Numbered from the whole stretch's first letter, positions 1 through 10,069 are shown. The stretch: DNA of 62,828 nt, filler included, from Candidatus Woesearchaeota archaeon (GCA_030753365.1; 7 parts of 7 records of this genome joined end to end with filler, not necessarily neighbours in it); one strand, 5' to 3'. A program made the numbers and translations. Notes: a model not told the origin generated them from the sequence alone.

Positions 1-824
1 CTTGCTGTTGAGATTTGTGAGAATGCTTCTGAGAGGGTTGCCTGGTCGAGCGCATGATAATAGTTGCCACCAGTGCTTTCGGCTATGTTTAAGAGTTCCT
101 GCCCGGATATGGAGAGCATTACATTGGCTAAGTCTAATAGGCCTCCTTCTTCTGTTCCTATGCCTATTGTGTGGATTGTTACTTCGTTGAGGTTGGCGTA
201 ATCAACTGCTTCTTCCACAGGTGTGCCGGTTGTGCTTCTACCATCTGTTAATAGTATGATTGCTTTGCCTTTTTCTTCGTTTACAAAAAGGTTTGAAGCA
301 GAGATGATGGCTTCTCCTATGTTGGTGCCTCCAACTGGCCTGACTACGATGGAGTTTAATACTTCTCGGATTGTATCATAATCATTTGTTAATCTTTGTT
401 CTATAAAGCTTGTTCCTGCAAAGGAGATTATACCTATTTCCATGCTTGGAGGAATGTTGGTTAAAAACTCATTGAGTATTTGCTTGGCAGATTCCAACCT
501 GTTGGGCTCAAAGTCTTCTATGAGCATACTGGAAGATGCGTCAATGGCAAGAACAAAGTCATAATCAGAGCTGTTGCCTTCATACCAAACTATTGTGCCT
601 GCTACAGCAAAGATTAAGAGTAGTACAGCTAGTAATCTTATCCCTAATAAGACATAGTTTGTTGATATGGGGGCTTTTTTTGCTATCCTTTCTAATGCTT
701 TGTAGTTTGCAAATTCTATGGTTCCTCTTCTTATGAATTTTAAGGATAAGAAGTGTACTATGGCTAGGATGGGGACTGTTATTAAGAGCCATAATAGTTG
801 GGTGTTTATGACAACTACTTCCAT
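1..824 (-). CDS. BatA-like membrane-anchored vWA-domain protein (3' end runs off the window)
   Basis: Not in ORF track. Manual translation from ATG at 824: MEVVVINTQLLWLLITVPILAIVHFLSL...FVLAIDASSSMLIEDFEPNRLESAK. Two TM segments and a DxSxS MIDAS motif; follows MoxR and DUF58. Confidence 0.85.
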   Translation of the reverse strand, partial: MEVVVINTQLLWLLITVPILAIVHFLSLKFIRRGTIEFANYKALERIAKKAPISTNYVLLGIRLLAVLLLIFAVAGTIVWYEGNSSDYDFVLAIDASSSMLIEDFEPNRLESAKQILNEFLTNIPPSMEIGIISFAGTSFIEQRLTNDYDTIREVLNSIVVRPVGGTNIGEAIISASNLFVNEEKGKAIILLTDGRSTTGTPVEEAVDYANLNEVTIHTIGIGTEEGGLLDLANVMLSISGQELLNIAESTGGNYYHALDQATLSEAFSQISTA

Positions 825-825
825 T

Positions 826-1731
826 TTATTTGAACCTCATAGTTCGTTTCCTGAATAATTCAATAAAAGGCTTTATGAATTCCTTGTCTGTTCTTAGCTT
901 CATGAAATCTGCGTTAGATTCATAAAATACTTTTTCTACCCAAGCATCGTCTTTTTCTGCCTGCTTGTTGTATAATTCTCTTATATGGTTGGGCTCAATG
1001 AGCATTTTCTTTTTTGAGAAAGGATCAGCAAGGGCAACTCTTCCGTTTACTTTGGGCATGTAACTGTCTAAAGGGTCTTTTATCATTATTCCTATGACTT
1101 CAAACTTGTTGATTACAATAGGAAGATAGCTTGCCCAGTCTTCACGTAGAGGTATGAAGTCAGAGACTATGATTAATAAGGATCTTTCTTTGAGAAATAC
1201 GAAAAGGTGCTTTAATGCTTCTGCTAGATCAAATGTGCCACCATAATAGTTTAGGTCAACTAGTGCGTTAGAGAGTAGGTAGAACTGCCCTATGCCTTTT
1301 TTGAAGTCTACTCTTTTGACTATCTTGTCACTGAACATGGAGAGCCCAACGCTGTCTCCTGATGATAAGATTGCATATGCCATTGAAGCTATTACTTCAG
1401 CAACGTATTCTGCTTTTAGCTTTTCTGTGGAGCTTAGAAGCATGCTGCTGCTGACATCAACAAGAAAAAATACTTCAAGCTCTCTTTCTTCAGCGAACTG
1501 CTTTACCATCATCTGGTTGGATCTTAAAGAGGCTTTCCAATCTATCTGGTAAGCATCATCATCTTGAGTGAACGGCCTGTAGCCCATAAATTCAAGGCCT
1601 TTGCCTTTGAATACGCTTTTGTATTCACCAATGAATTTACTCTGGATTAGTGTTTTGGTTACAACTTCTAGCTTTTTAATAGAAGGAGCAAATTCCAGTT
1701 TTAATTTTCGATTATCAGTTTTATCTGCCAT
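826..1731 (-). CDS. DUF58 family vWA-like protein
   Basis: GEYKSVFKGKGLEF..YRPF...DD...IDWKAS motif, VDVSSSM; in MoxR operon. Confidence 0.9.
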   Translation of the reverse strand: MADKTDNRKLKLEFAPSIKKLEVVTKTLIQSKFIGEYKSVFKGKGLEFMGYRPFTQDDDAYQIDWKASLRSNQMMVKQFAEERELEVFFLVDVSSSMLLSSTEKLKAEYVAEVIASMAYAILSSGDSVGLSMFSDKIVKRVDFKKGIGQFYLLSNALVDLNYYGGTFDLAEALKHLFVFLKERSLLIIVSDFIPLREDWASYLPIVINKFEVIGIMIKDPLDSYMPKVNGRVALADPFSKKKMLIEPNHIRELYNKQAEKDDAWVEKVFYESNADFMKLRTDKEFIKPFIELFRKRTMRFK

Positions 1732-1768
1732 GGTTACAGTTGGTTCAGCTCCTTAAAGAGGTTAATGT

Positions 1769-2746
1769 TTAAGGGACTTTTATTTTAGAAAGGATTTCTG
1801 TGATGATATCGTCTGACTTAACACCTTCTGCCTGTCCTTTGTAGTTTAGTATGACCCTGTGCCTCATTACCTCGTGCGCAACATCTTTTATGTGCTGAGG
1901 CGTTATAAATGTGTCACCTTTCATGAGAGCATCTGCTTTTGCGGCTATGAATAGCCCAATACAGGCTCTTGGTGAAGAACCCCATTCCACATAGTCGCCT
2001 AGCTTGATGTTGTACTTTTTAGGATGCCTTGTTGCTTCTACTATGTCAACTATATAGTCTTTTATTTTGTCAGTGTGTCCTATTTCTTTAGCAATATTCT
2101 GCATATCAATTAATTTTTGAGGGTTTAGTATAGGGGCGATTTTATAATCTTCAAATTTTTTCAGTGAAATGTTCCTTTCTATGATTAACTTTTCTTCTTC
2201 TTTTTTGGGATAGCTCATTTCAAGCTTGAAAAGGAACCTGTCAACCTGAGCTTCAGGAAGGGCATATGTACCTGATGTTTCAATTGGATTGATGGTTGCC
2301 ATGACTAAGAATGGTAAGGGTGTGGGGATGGTTTCTTTGCCGACAGTTGCCTGCTTTTCCTGCATTGATTCCAATAGAGCTGATTGGGCTTTTGGAGGAG
2401 CCCTGTTGATTTCGTCTGCTAATAGGAAGTTTGTGAATATTGGGCCTCGTACAATGAAGAATCCTCTTTCTTTTTCATAGCCCGTAACTCCTACTATGTC
2501 TGAGGGTAGGAGGTCTACTGTAAACTGGATTCTGTTGAATTTACAGCCGGATGCAGTGGCTAATGCCTTTATAGCCAGAGTTTTTGCTATGCCAGGAATA
2601 CCTTCTACTAATACATGGCCGTTGGAAATTATTGAGCGTAGTAAGCCATTTATTATTCTAGTCTGGCCTACCACTACTTTAGCAACTTCTTTTTTGATTT
2701 TTAATAAATCAGCCTTGCATTGCTTTACCTGCTTTTCGTCAATCAT
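1769..2746 (-). CDS. moxR: MoxR family AAA+ ATPase
   Basis: HVLVEGIPGIAKT, RIQFTVDLLPSD, LLADEINRAPPKAQSALLESMQE, LPEAQVDRF. Confidence 0.95.
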   Translation of the reverse strand: MIDEKQVKQCKADLLKIKKEVAKVVVGQTRIINGLLRSIISNGHVLVEGIPGIAKTLAIKALATASGCKFNRIQFTVDLLPSDIVGVTGYEKERGFFIVRGPIFTNFLLADEINRAPPKAQSALLESMQEKQATVGKETIPTPLPFLVMATINPIETSGTYALPEAQVDRFLFKLEMSYPKKEEEKLIIERNISLKKFEDYKIAPILNPQKLIDMQNIAKEIGHTDKIKDYIVDIVEATRHPKKYNIKLGDYVEWGSSPRACIGLFIAAKADALMKGDTFITPQHIKDVAHEVMRHRVILNYKGQAEGVKSDDIITEILSKIKVP

Positions 2747-2810
2747 TATACTGATGTAAAGATTTATTTTTATAAATGTGTTGTTTTATTATAGAGTAGT
2801 AAATAGAGAA

Positions 2811-3953
2811 TTAGCCTTCTACAACATCTTCAACTATTTCTTCTGTAGGAGTGTTGGATGAATCATCTTTGGTTTCTTTAGGCTCTTCTTGGACTTCTTT
2901 CTGTGGTTCTTCTGGCTTTGGTGGTTCTTCGGTTTTGGTTTGTTCTGTGTTCTCTTCTGTTCCTTTGTTGTTTTCTTCTAATCGCTTTATTTCTTCAGAA
3001 GGGTTAGGAGAAGGAAATACCTGGCTGCAGACGAATTCCAGCCTGTTGAACATGGTGTTGTTTGATACTCTGCCTATGATTTTAATTTGGTTGCCTAAGA
3101 GCTCTGTTTTAATTTCTTCGAATTTGTCAGGTGATTCCTTATAACTTAGGATTTTATCTTGTGTTTTGTTTAATAGCTGTTCTACCTGGTTTCTAAAGCA
3201 GACTATCCTTATGTTTTCTGTGCCATCATCAATATGCACATTCAGGACATAAGAGTAGGCAGGGGTTACTTTGTTATGAGTAATACATTCAAAGCTGTCA
3301 TCTTTTGGCCTTGCTCTTTTGCCGCATTCTGGGCAGACTTCAAAGAATCTTATATCAAAGACCTGGACAATTGTGCCAAGGAGTTCTGCATCATCATCGT
3401 TTTCCCTTAAATCTTTAATGTTTTTTCTTGTTGATGTGCCTAGCTTAATGTCTCCTATGGTTTCGTCTGGAGGGTTTATGATAAGGGTGCCTTTTTCACT
3501 GATATGCACTTCTTTTTTTCCCTGATTGTCTTTTGAGTAGCCGTCTTTGATTTTTATGATGTCACCTTCTTTGATAGAATTAAGCTTGTCAGCCTGCTCC
3601 TGCCAGAGTACTATTCTTATGGTGCCGGTTTCGTCGCCTATTACCATAGAGCCGAGCTTGCCTTTTCTATCTTCTTTCTGGAATTCATGGATGTCGAATT
3701 TTTGAGTGACTTTCCCAACGGTTTCTACGCTTCTCATGCCTGGCAGAATGTTTTTTATCTGGAGCTTTCCAGATACCTGCTCGATTACTTTGACTCCAAG
3801 CTCGTTTGCGATTATATGGGCTGCCCCTTCTTTTGAGATTAGGCCAGAGAGCTGGTCAAGCTTGGTTTTTATTTTAGTGTTGATTTCTTCTTCTGATATG
3901 CCTGCTTTTTCCTTAATCTTGGCAATCACGTCTTCTAATGGTATTTTGAACAT
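2811..3953 (-). CDS. rpa: Replication protein A-like ssDNA-binding protein (OB folds, Zn finger, acidic tail)
   Basis: IGDETGTIRIVLW and IDDGTENIRIVCF OB motifs; CPECGK..C..H zinc finger. Confidence 0.85.
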   Translation of the reverse strand: MFKIPLEDVIAKIKEKAGISEEEINTKIKTKLDQLSGLISKEGAAHIIANELGVKVIEQVSGKLQIKNILPGMRSVETVGKVTQKFDIHEFQKEDRKGKLGSMVIGDETGTIRIVLWQEQADKLNSIKEGDIIKIKDGYSKDNQGKKEVHISEKGTLIINPPDETIGDIKLGTSTRKNIKDLRENDDDAELLGTIVQVFDIRFFEVCPECGKRARPKDDSFECITHNKVTPAYSYVLNVHIDDGTENIRIVCFRNQVEQLLNKTQDKILSYKESPDKFEEIKTELLGNQIKIIGRVSNNTMFNRLEFVCSQVFPSPNPSEEIKRLEENNKGTEENTEQTKTEEPPKPEEPQKEVQEEPKETKDDSSNTPTEEIVEDVVEG

Positions 3954-4020
3954 TTTTTTGTGTTTCTTAGAATGATTATGTTAGTAATTGATGTAATGTG
4001 TTTGTTTATATATTTTTATG

Positions 4021-4144
4021 TTATCAAGAACCACTATGTTAAATAATGGTGGTTCTTGAGTATGCTCAGAATTTTCCAGCTTTCTGACATCAGAAGCAAG
4101 TGGAACTTGCCATTAATCAGATACTTGGTGGAAAATTCTGACAT
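4021..4144 (+). repeat. Double-hairpin dispersed repeat, copy 1
   Basis: TCAAGAACCAC..GTGGTTCTTGA-GTATGC-TCAGAATTTTCCA..TGGAAAATTCTGACAT; homologous to copies at 9689, 10070 and 39288. Confidence 0.9.
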
Positions 4145-4160
4145 GTCAAGAATAGGTGTT

Positions 4161-4572
4161 TTATTCTATTTTTAAACCAAATCTGATGATTATATCATTA
4201 TTTTCTACTTGGTCAGTGACTTGATTGTAGGTTAGAAGCTGGCTTTTGGTGTTTACGCAGAGCTTGAAGTTGGCTTGTTCTGAGTCTTGAGGAAGGTAGT
4301 CTTTGATTGATTTTAAAATGTTGTCCATTAGTAAAGGCCTGTCTCTTCTTGTGAAAGAATAGTTTATACTTATAGCTGAACTTAAAAGATTGCTTTTATG
4401 TATTAAAAAATCATATTTTAACTCAGGAGGAAGTATTACAGACCCTGCATCAAGATTAATGCTGGTTAGTAAATTGGTTTTGAGATTGTTTGCAAGTTCT
4501 TCACTGTCAGAATAAGGGTAATAATTTAGAAGCAACTTTTTATTGTTTTCTTCGTTGGCATTCAAATATATG
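4161..4572 (-). CDS. Hypothetical protein, 5' truncated by contig end
   Basis: Frame stays open into the linker; no recognisable motif. Confidence 0.6.
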
Positions 4573-4672
4573 NNNNNNNNNNNNNNNNNNNNNNNNNNNN
4601 NNNNNNNNNNNNNNNNTTAATTAATTAANNNNNNNNNNNNNNNNNNNNNNNNNNNNNNNNNNNNNNNNNNNN
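4573..4672. other. Artificial contig linker
   Basis: N44-TTAATTAATTAA-N44 (stops in all six frames). Confidence 0.98.
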
Positions 4673-5383
4673 ATAGCTCATATCAAACCTATAACTTCCA
4701 TCTTTCTTTATATCAATAACCTTCCTTAACTTACCATAATAATGATTCTTTTCTTTATCCCCCAATCCATAAGGGCTCAGCCCCATAACCTTGTACTCTG
4801 AATTATTCACGCTAAACCCCAAATAAGCAGTAATTGCAGAATACAGCAATCCAAGGGAATTAGGAAACTTAATCTCTTTCATTAGATGTATACCATTCCC
4901 TTCCCCAACACCATAAGCAGTAGTAGTCCACTCTCCCACACCATCAATCGTTACAATCGCAGCCTTTTCAAAAGGGCTTATAAAAAACGAGCTTGCCGCA
5001 TGAGCCATATGATGCTCTATAAACAATATATCTCCTTTATACCTTAACCCTTTTTTAACTGCTCTTGTAACCCTCAGTTTTTCATTAATCCATGAAGGAG
5101 TAGAGCTTAGGAACACTTTCAGGCTCTTAGGAAAAGTTTCTAAATGTTGGCTAAGCACCCTTTCAAACTTTAAGAAAGGCTTTTCATAATAACCCACATA
5201 ACCAACATCATTAATACTGATATTCTGGCTCTCCAGGCAATACTTCACCGCATTCACTGGAAAAGAAGTATCATGCTTCTTCCTTGTAAACCTCTCCTCC
5301 TGAGCAGCAGCTACCAAAACACCGTCCTTCAACAAAGCGGCAGACGAATCATGATAATAACAGCTTATTCCTAACACATACAT
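4673..5383 (-). CDS. Carbamoyltransferase (NodU/CmcH family), N-terminal part; 3' truncated
   Basis: MYVLGISCYYHDSSAALL..AAAQEERFTRKKH, EHHMAHAASSF, TIDGVGEW, EYKVMGLSPYG. Confidence 0.92.
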
Positions 5384-5394
5384 ATTTTTCAACC

Positions 5395-5646
5395 TCAAAA
5401 CTGCCTATAATATTCTTCAATAGGCTTCTTCTTCAGGTCCAAATCTGACCAATAACTATTTCTCTTCTCTGAAACCTTAGTATTCAGAAATCGCTTCCCT
5501 AAAATTTTTGCAAGCAATGATGTAAAACCCACTCCTATCACATAAACTGCCAACAACAAAACAGAATTAACAATAATGCTTACATTATGGCTAAACTTGC
5601 TTAACCCTTTCTTCACACCAATAAAAAACAGTTTCACTTTTTTCAT
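5395..5646 (-). CDS. SxtJ-like small membrane protein
   Basis: TM helix followed by ..SYW..EEYYRQF C-terminus, typical of proteins encoded next to carbamoyltransferases. Confidence 0.6.
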   Translation of the reverse strand: MKKVKLFFIGVKKGLSKFSHNVSIIVNSVLLLAVYVIGVGFTSLLAKILGKRFLNTKVSEKRNSYWSDLDLKKKPIEEYYRQF

Positions 5647-5852
5647 TTCAGAACTCTCTTAACAGCAGTTCCAACAAGAACAACCACTGTAGTAATTATC
5701 ATTATGTGAACATATGACCATGAAACAGGAATCCTTCTAAGAAAAAACAACACAAAATAAAGCACAGTTGTGAAAAGGAAATATCCTGCTATAAACCCTA
5801 CTTTCTCTCCAACATTTTGAATAGATTTATCCTGTTGTAGTATCATATACAC
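5643..5852 (-). CDS. Small two-TM membrane protein
   Basis: Two hydrophobic segments; ATGA overlap with the next gene. Confidence 0.65.
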   Translation of the reverse strand: MYMILQQDKSIQNVGEKVGFIAGYFLFTTVLYFVLFFLRRIPVSWSYVHIMIITTVVVLVGTAVKRVLK

Positions 5853-5992
5853 TAAGGAGAAAGGAAGGGCATTTATAAACTTTTTTAGCTTTTAGGCTTC
5901 ATACGCATTTCAGCAGGCAAACAGCCTATTTTACTGCTCTACCCCCTTAATTTAACAATCATTATATAAATATTTAACAAATTATTAAGCAA

Positions 5993-7087
5993 ATGAACGT
6001 ACTATTTATCACAAGAAAATACCCTCCTATGGTAGGAGGCATGGAAAAGCAAAATTATGAGCTCATAACCAACCTATCTTCACTGGTTAACAAGAGTCTT
6101 ATCGCTCTAAAAAAGTCTCAAATAAACCTCATATGGTTCCTACCCTATGCGCTAATCAAATCCATTTTTACAATAACAACAAAAAGGATAGACATCATCC
6201 ATTTAGGGGACGGTTTATTAGCTCCTATAGGTCTTATTCTCAAATTCATATTCAACAAAAAAGTGATAGTAACAGTACATGGGCTGGACATAACCCTTAA
6301 CAACAGATTCTACCAGTTAATCGTACTATCCAGTCTAAGAAAGCTTGATAAAATAATTTGTGTAAGCAACTCTACACGACACGAATGCTTAAAAAGAAAA
6401 GTAAACCCAAACAAATGCGTCTTTATTCCCAACGGAATAGAATCAGGCAGGCTCTCTCTCAAAACCAGCCGTGAAACACAAATCAAATCCATAGAAACTG
6501 AATTCAGAATTAACCTCAAAAACAAAAAAATCCTCCTTTCTGTAGGCAGGCTTGTCAAAAGAAAAGGCGTTTACTGGTTCATAGACAATGTCATGTCCAT
6601 GTTAGGCAATAACACCATACTCATAGTAGTAGGAGACGGGCCTGAAAAAGCAAGAATAGCCAGAATAGTAAACAAAAAAAAGCTTAAGGACAATGTCTTC
6701 TTACTAGGCAGGATTGAGGAAGATTCTCTCAAAAATCTCTACAACGCAGCTGACATATTTGTAATGCCCAACATCAAAGTCAAAGGCGACATGGAAGGCT
6801 TTGGAATCGTAGCAATCGAAGCAGCCTCTCTAGGCATACCAGTTGTAGCCTCAGGAATAGAAGGCATAAAAGATGCAATCCACAACGAAAAAAACGGCTA
6901 CTTAGTCAATCCCTACGATGCAAAAAGTTTTACTGACAAAATAAAATACATCTTTAAAAACGAAAAAAGAATGAAAAGTTTTAGTCTATCTTCAAAAAAA
7001 TTCACTCATGACAACTATGACTGGAAAAGAATAAATCAGCTTTATTATCAGGAATTCAAAAAAACACTAGGTGAAACCAAAAAATGA
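5993..7087 (+). CDS. Glycosyltransferase family 4
   Basis: YPPMVGGME, SVGRLVKRKG, EGFGIVAIEA. Confidence 0.93.
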   Translation: MNVLFITRKYPPMVGGMEKQNYELITNLSSLVNKSLIALKKSQINLIWFLPYALIKSIFTITTKRIDIIHLGDGLLAPIGLILKFIFNKKVIVTVHGLDITLNNRFYQLIVLSSLRKLDKIICVSNSTRHECLKRKVNPNKCVFIPNGIESGRLSLKTSRETQIKSIETEFRINLKNKKILLSVGRLVKRKGVYWFIDNVMSMLGNNTILIVVGDGPEKARIARIVNKKKLKDNVFLLGRIEEDSLKNLYNAADIFVMPNIKVKGDMEGFGIVAIEAASLGIPVVASGIEGIKDAIHNEKNGYLVNPYDAKSFTDKIKYIFKNEKRMKSFSLSSKKFTHDNYDWKRINQLYYQEFKKTLGETKK

Positions 7088-7942
7088 GAATATTCATCAT
7101 AACCACTTATCCAATCAAGCTGCCTTATGATGATGCAGCAAAAAACCTTGCAATTGGCTTAGTCAAAACTCTGAAAAATCACAAATTCACTCTCATTGGT
7201 TCAGGCAAGAACTTCTTAAAATCCCCTAATGTGAAATGGCTAACGCTCCCCTTTCCAAGAAAAAACGTTCAGGACATGCCCCTTCTGCAAAGAATCTTCA
7301 TCCTCCTAAACATAATCTTCTTTCAAATGCGCAGTACAGACATATTTCATTTCATAGTCACACCTGAACAACACTCTTCATCCCTCTTCAGGATAATATT
7401 CAGATTATTCAACAAGAAATCCGTTCAGACAGTCACATCAATCCACACCTTAGAAATAAAAAGGAAACACAAAAACCTAAGCAGCCTATTCTTCGCGGAC
7501 AAGGTCATCTGCCTGTCAAACTATTCAGAAAGTAGGCTAAAGAAAAAAGGAATCCATAATCTAAAAAGAATCTATCCAGGAGTTTCCTTAACAAGGTTTG
7601 ACCCTGAAACAGTTCAAATGAAAAACCTAAGGCAGGGAGCAAAGCATGTCATCATATATCCTGGTAATTATAAGCTAATTGACTCATGCTACAGCTTCAA
7701 CAAATTTTGTAAAATCATCAGTCTCACCTTAAAAGAGTTAGGCGATATAAGATTCATAATGGCCTGCAGGATAAGATCAACCATCGATATAAAGCTTGAG
7801 AAGAAATTTAAAAAGGTCGCCGCCTCATGGAACATACTAAACAACATAACCTTTCTAAATTCAGTTGAAAATATGCCATCCTTGCTCAACAGCTGCGACA
7901 TAGGAATCTATCCTTCAGAAAAAAGAATGACAAGCGTTCTTG
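7084..7942 (+). CDS. Glycosyltransferase (GT4-like), 3' truncated
   Basis: GT-B features (ADKVICLS, IYPGV, LLNSCDIGIYP); coupled to upstream GT4. Confidence 0.7.
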
Positions 7943-8042
7943 NNNNNNNNNNNNNNNNNNNNNNNNNNNNNNNNNNNNNNNNNNNNTTAATTAATTAANN
8001 NNNNNNNNNNNNNNNNNNNNNNNNNNNNNNNNNNNNNNNNNN
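7943..8042. other. Artificial contig linker
   Basis: N44-TTAATTAATTAA-N44. Confidence 0.98.
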
Positions 8043-8461
8043 CTATTACTTCTTTTGTGATAGGATTTATGGTAATTGCTTCTTCAAGGTTGGTTGAGAT
8101 TATAACGGACATTTCTTCACAGGTTGTTATATTGTTGATGCTTTCTATATTCTTTCTGTTGCTTGTTGGGTCGTTTTATAATGCTGAAGATTTCAAGGAT
8201 GGCGTGTTTTTGAATAAACCATGGAACATAATTTTTATGATAATTATGTTTATTGGGATTATTACAATATTTTTACAGGCTATTAAGACAAAAAGCGGAG
8301 AGAGTTGGCTTGAATGGTTCTGGAGATTTATGTCAACTCATTGGAGCAGCAAGGCTGTTGCTTCTGTTATACTTTTAGTGGTTATTATAGGGTTTATGTT
8401 TTATATAACTAAAGGTGAGAAGAAACCTAAATCATCAAAAAAGGAAAAAAAGGAGGATTAA
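8043..8461 (+). CDS. Multi-TM hypothetical membrane protein (5' truncated), paralog 1
   Basis: Hydrophobic helices resembling the next two ORFs. Confidence 0.8.
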
Positions 8462-8464
8462 AAA

Positions 8465-9046
8465 ATGGTGAGTTTTAAAGAGTTTTTTATAACATTAGAA
8501 GGGTGGGGTATGTTAGATGCTTTGTTGCCTTTTCTGTTGATATTTACTGTGATCTTTTCTATTTTGCAAAAGACTAAGGTGATTGGAGGAGATAAAAAGA
8601 ATATTCATGTGGTTATTGCATTGGTGATTTCATTGCTGGTTGTGATACCTCATGTTATGAACCCAGGAGGCCCTGCTGATGTTGTGAATATAATTAACCT
8701 AGCTATTCCACATGTTTCTGTGGTAATTGTAGCAATAATAATGTTACTGATATTAATAGGAGCTTTTGGCAAGGATATAGAGTTTATGGAGACAAGCCTT
8801 GCAGGATGGATTGCGATTGCTGCATTTGTTGCTATAATTTATATATTTGGAGCAGCTGCAGGATGGGGCTGGAAGATACCAAAGCTGTTTGAAGGCTGGC
8901 TGAATGATCAAACAATGTCTATTGTGTTGGTGATTCTTGCGTTTGGAATTGTGATATGGTGGATTACAAAGGAACCTAGGGATAAGAAGGATAAGATAGG
9001 GTTAGGGAATATTATTAAGAAAGTAGGAGACCTTGCCAAGAAATAA
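8465..9046 (+). CDS. Multi-TM hypothetical membrane protein, paralog 2
   Basis: LLPFLLIFTVIFSILQKTKVIG motif; GGAGG SD upstream. Confidence 0.85.
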   Translation: MVSFKEFFITLEGWGMLDALLPFLLIFTVIFSILQKTKVIGGDKKNIHVVIALVISLLVVIPHVMNPGGPADVVNIINLAIPHVSVVIVAIIMLLILIGAFGKDIEFMETSLAGWIAIAAFVAIIYIFGAAAGWGWKIPKLFEGWLNDQTMSIVLVILAFGIVIWWITKEPRDKKDKIGLGNIIKKVGDLAKK

Positions 9047-9048
9047 AA

Positions 9049-9627
9049 ATGGCTACACCTCTTGATGTGGGATTGGTAAAGCAGTTTTCTATTATTTTAC
9101 CTTTTCTTTTGACTTTTGTTATTGTTTATGGAAGCTTATTGTATACAAAGTCATTTGGAGAGAATAAAAGCTTGATAGGAGCGATTGCAGTGATAGCAGG
9201 TTTTGTTGTAATCATATCACCTACAATAAGAGAAATGATAGATACAATGGTTCCATGGTTTTTGTTTGTGTTTATTTTTATTTTCTTTAGCTTAATGGTG
9301 TTTAAAGTGTTTGGTGCTACAGATTCGGATGTGATGAGTCTGTTGCATGCGCGTGAGGGCAGAACTATTGTAACATGGTTTATTACAATCTCGGTTATAA
9401 TTGGGATTGGTTCTTTGTCATATGTTTTAGGGCAGAAAGGCGGCACGCCTTTTGGATATGATGAAGATGAAAATGTAATAGAAACCGGAGATCCAGGAGA
9501 TATAGGAACAAAGGGGAAAGGAGCTTTTTTTAGTACGCTTTTCCATCCAAAAGTTTTGGGAATAGTAGTAATATTCCTTATTGCAATGTTTACTATAATG
9601 AGGCTAACTTACTCTTATCAGGGTTAG
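9049..9627 (+). CDS. Multi-TM hypothetical membrane protein, paralog 3
   Basis: ILPFLLTFVIVYGSLLYTKSFG motif shared with paralog 2. Confidence 0.85.
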   Translation: MATPLDVGLVKQFSIILPFLLTFVIVYGSLLYTKSFGENKSLIGAIAVIAGFVVIISPTIREMIDTMVPWFLFVFIFIFFSLMVFKVFGATDSDVMSLLHAREGRTIVTWFITISVIIGIGSLSYVLGQKGGTPFGYDEDENVIETGDPGDIGTKGKGAFFSTLFHPKVLGIVVIFLIAMFTIMRLTYSYQG

Positions 9628-9642
9628 AAGCTCCAAAATGAA

Positions 9643-9658
9643 TAAAAACATTTATAAA
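9643..9658 (+). promoter_or_regulatory. Archaeal BRE/TATA promoter for the repeat + histone transcript
   Basis: AAAAACA-TTTATAAA about 30 bp upstream of repeat copy 2. Confidence 0.55.
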
Positions 9659-9688
9659 GTTTATACTTATCCTACTCTTTAAGAGTAC

Positions 9689-9822
9689 ATGTCAAGAACC
9701 ATCGTCATAGACCCGATGGAATGACCAGTGGTTCTTGAGCATGCTCAGAATTTTCCAACTATTTAAGTCAAAAGCAAGCGAAGCTTGCTACCAGTCAAAG
9801 ATTGGATGGAAAATTCTGACAT
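9689..9822 (+). repeat. Double-hairpin dispersed repeat, copy 2 (probable histone 5' leader)
   Basis: ATGTCAAGAACCAT..GTGGTTCTTGAGCATGCTCAGAATTTTCCA..GCAAGCGAAGCTTGC..TGGAAAATTCTGACAT. Confidence 0.92.
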
Positions 9823-9849
9823 TTTAAAAACGAAACAAGGTGATATAAA

Positions 9850-10026
9850 ATGGGAGAAGTTTTAGTTGTAGCAAGTAAAGTAAAGGATATAGTTAAGGGC
9901 GCAGGTTGCAATACCGGCGGAAATTTTGTTGGAGCTTTAAGCGCTAGTGTTGAGTCAATGATTAATAGAGCTGTTGAAAGAGCAAAAGGTAATGGCAGAA
10001 AGACTGTTCAAGCAAAGGACGCTTAA
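9850..10026 (+). CDS. Short histone-fold protein (alpha3-truncated, DUF1931 / Bd0055 / face-to-face type), 58 aa
   Basis: Below ORF-track cutoff. MGEVLVVASKVKDIVKGAGCNTGGNFVGALSASVESMINRAVERAKGNGRKTVQAKDA; histone-fold RAxxxGRKTVxxxD signature; AGGTGA SD; T-rich terminator after the stop. Confidence 0.9.
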   Translation: MGEVLVVASKVKDIVKGAGCNTGGNFVGALSASVESMINRAVERAKGNGRKTVQAKDA

Positions 10027-10069
10027 GATTATCTGAAGATATATTTTATTTTTTTCTTTTTCTGTTTTT

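Noticed and set aside
5395..5646. Saxitoxin biosynthesis
   Set aside because: SxtJ-like genes commonly accompany carbamoyltransferases; no other sxt genes present.
5890..5940. Small hairpin AGCAG..AGGC-AAACA-GCCT..CTGCT in a divergent promoter region
   Set aside because: Short, single copy, could be chance.
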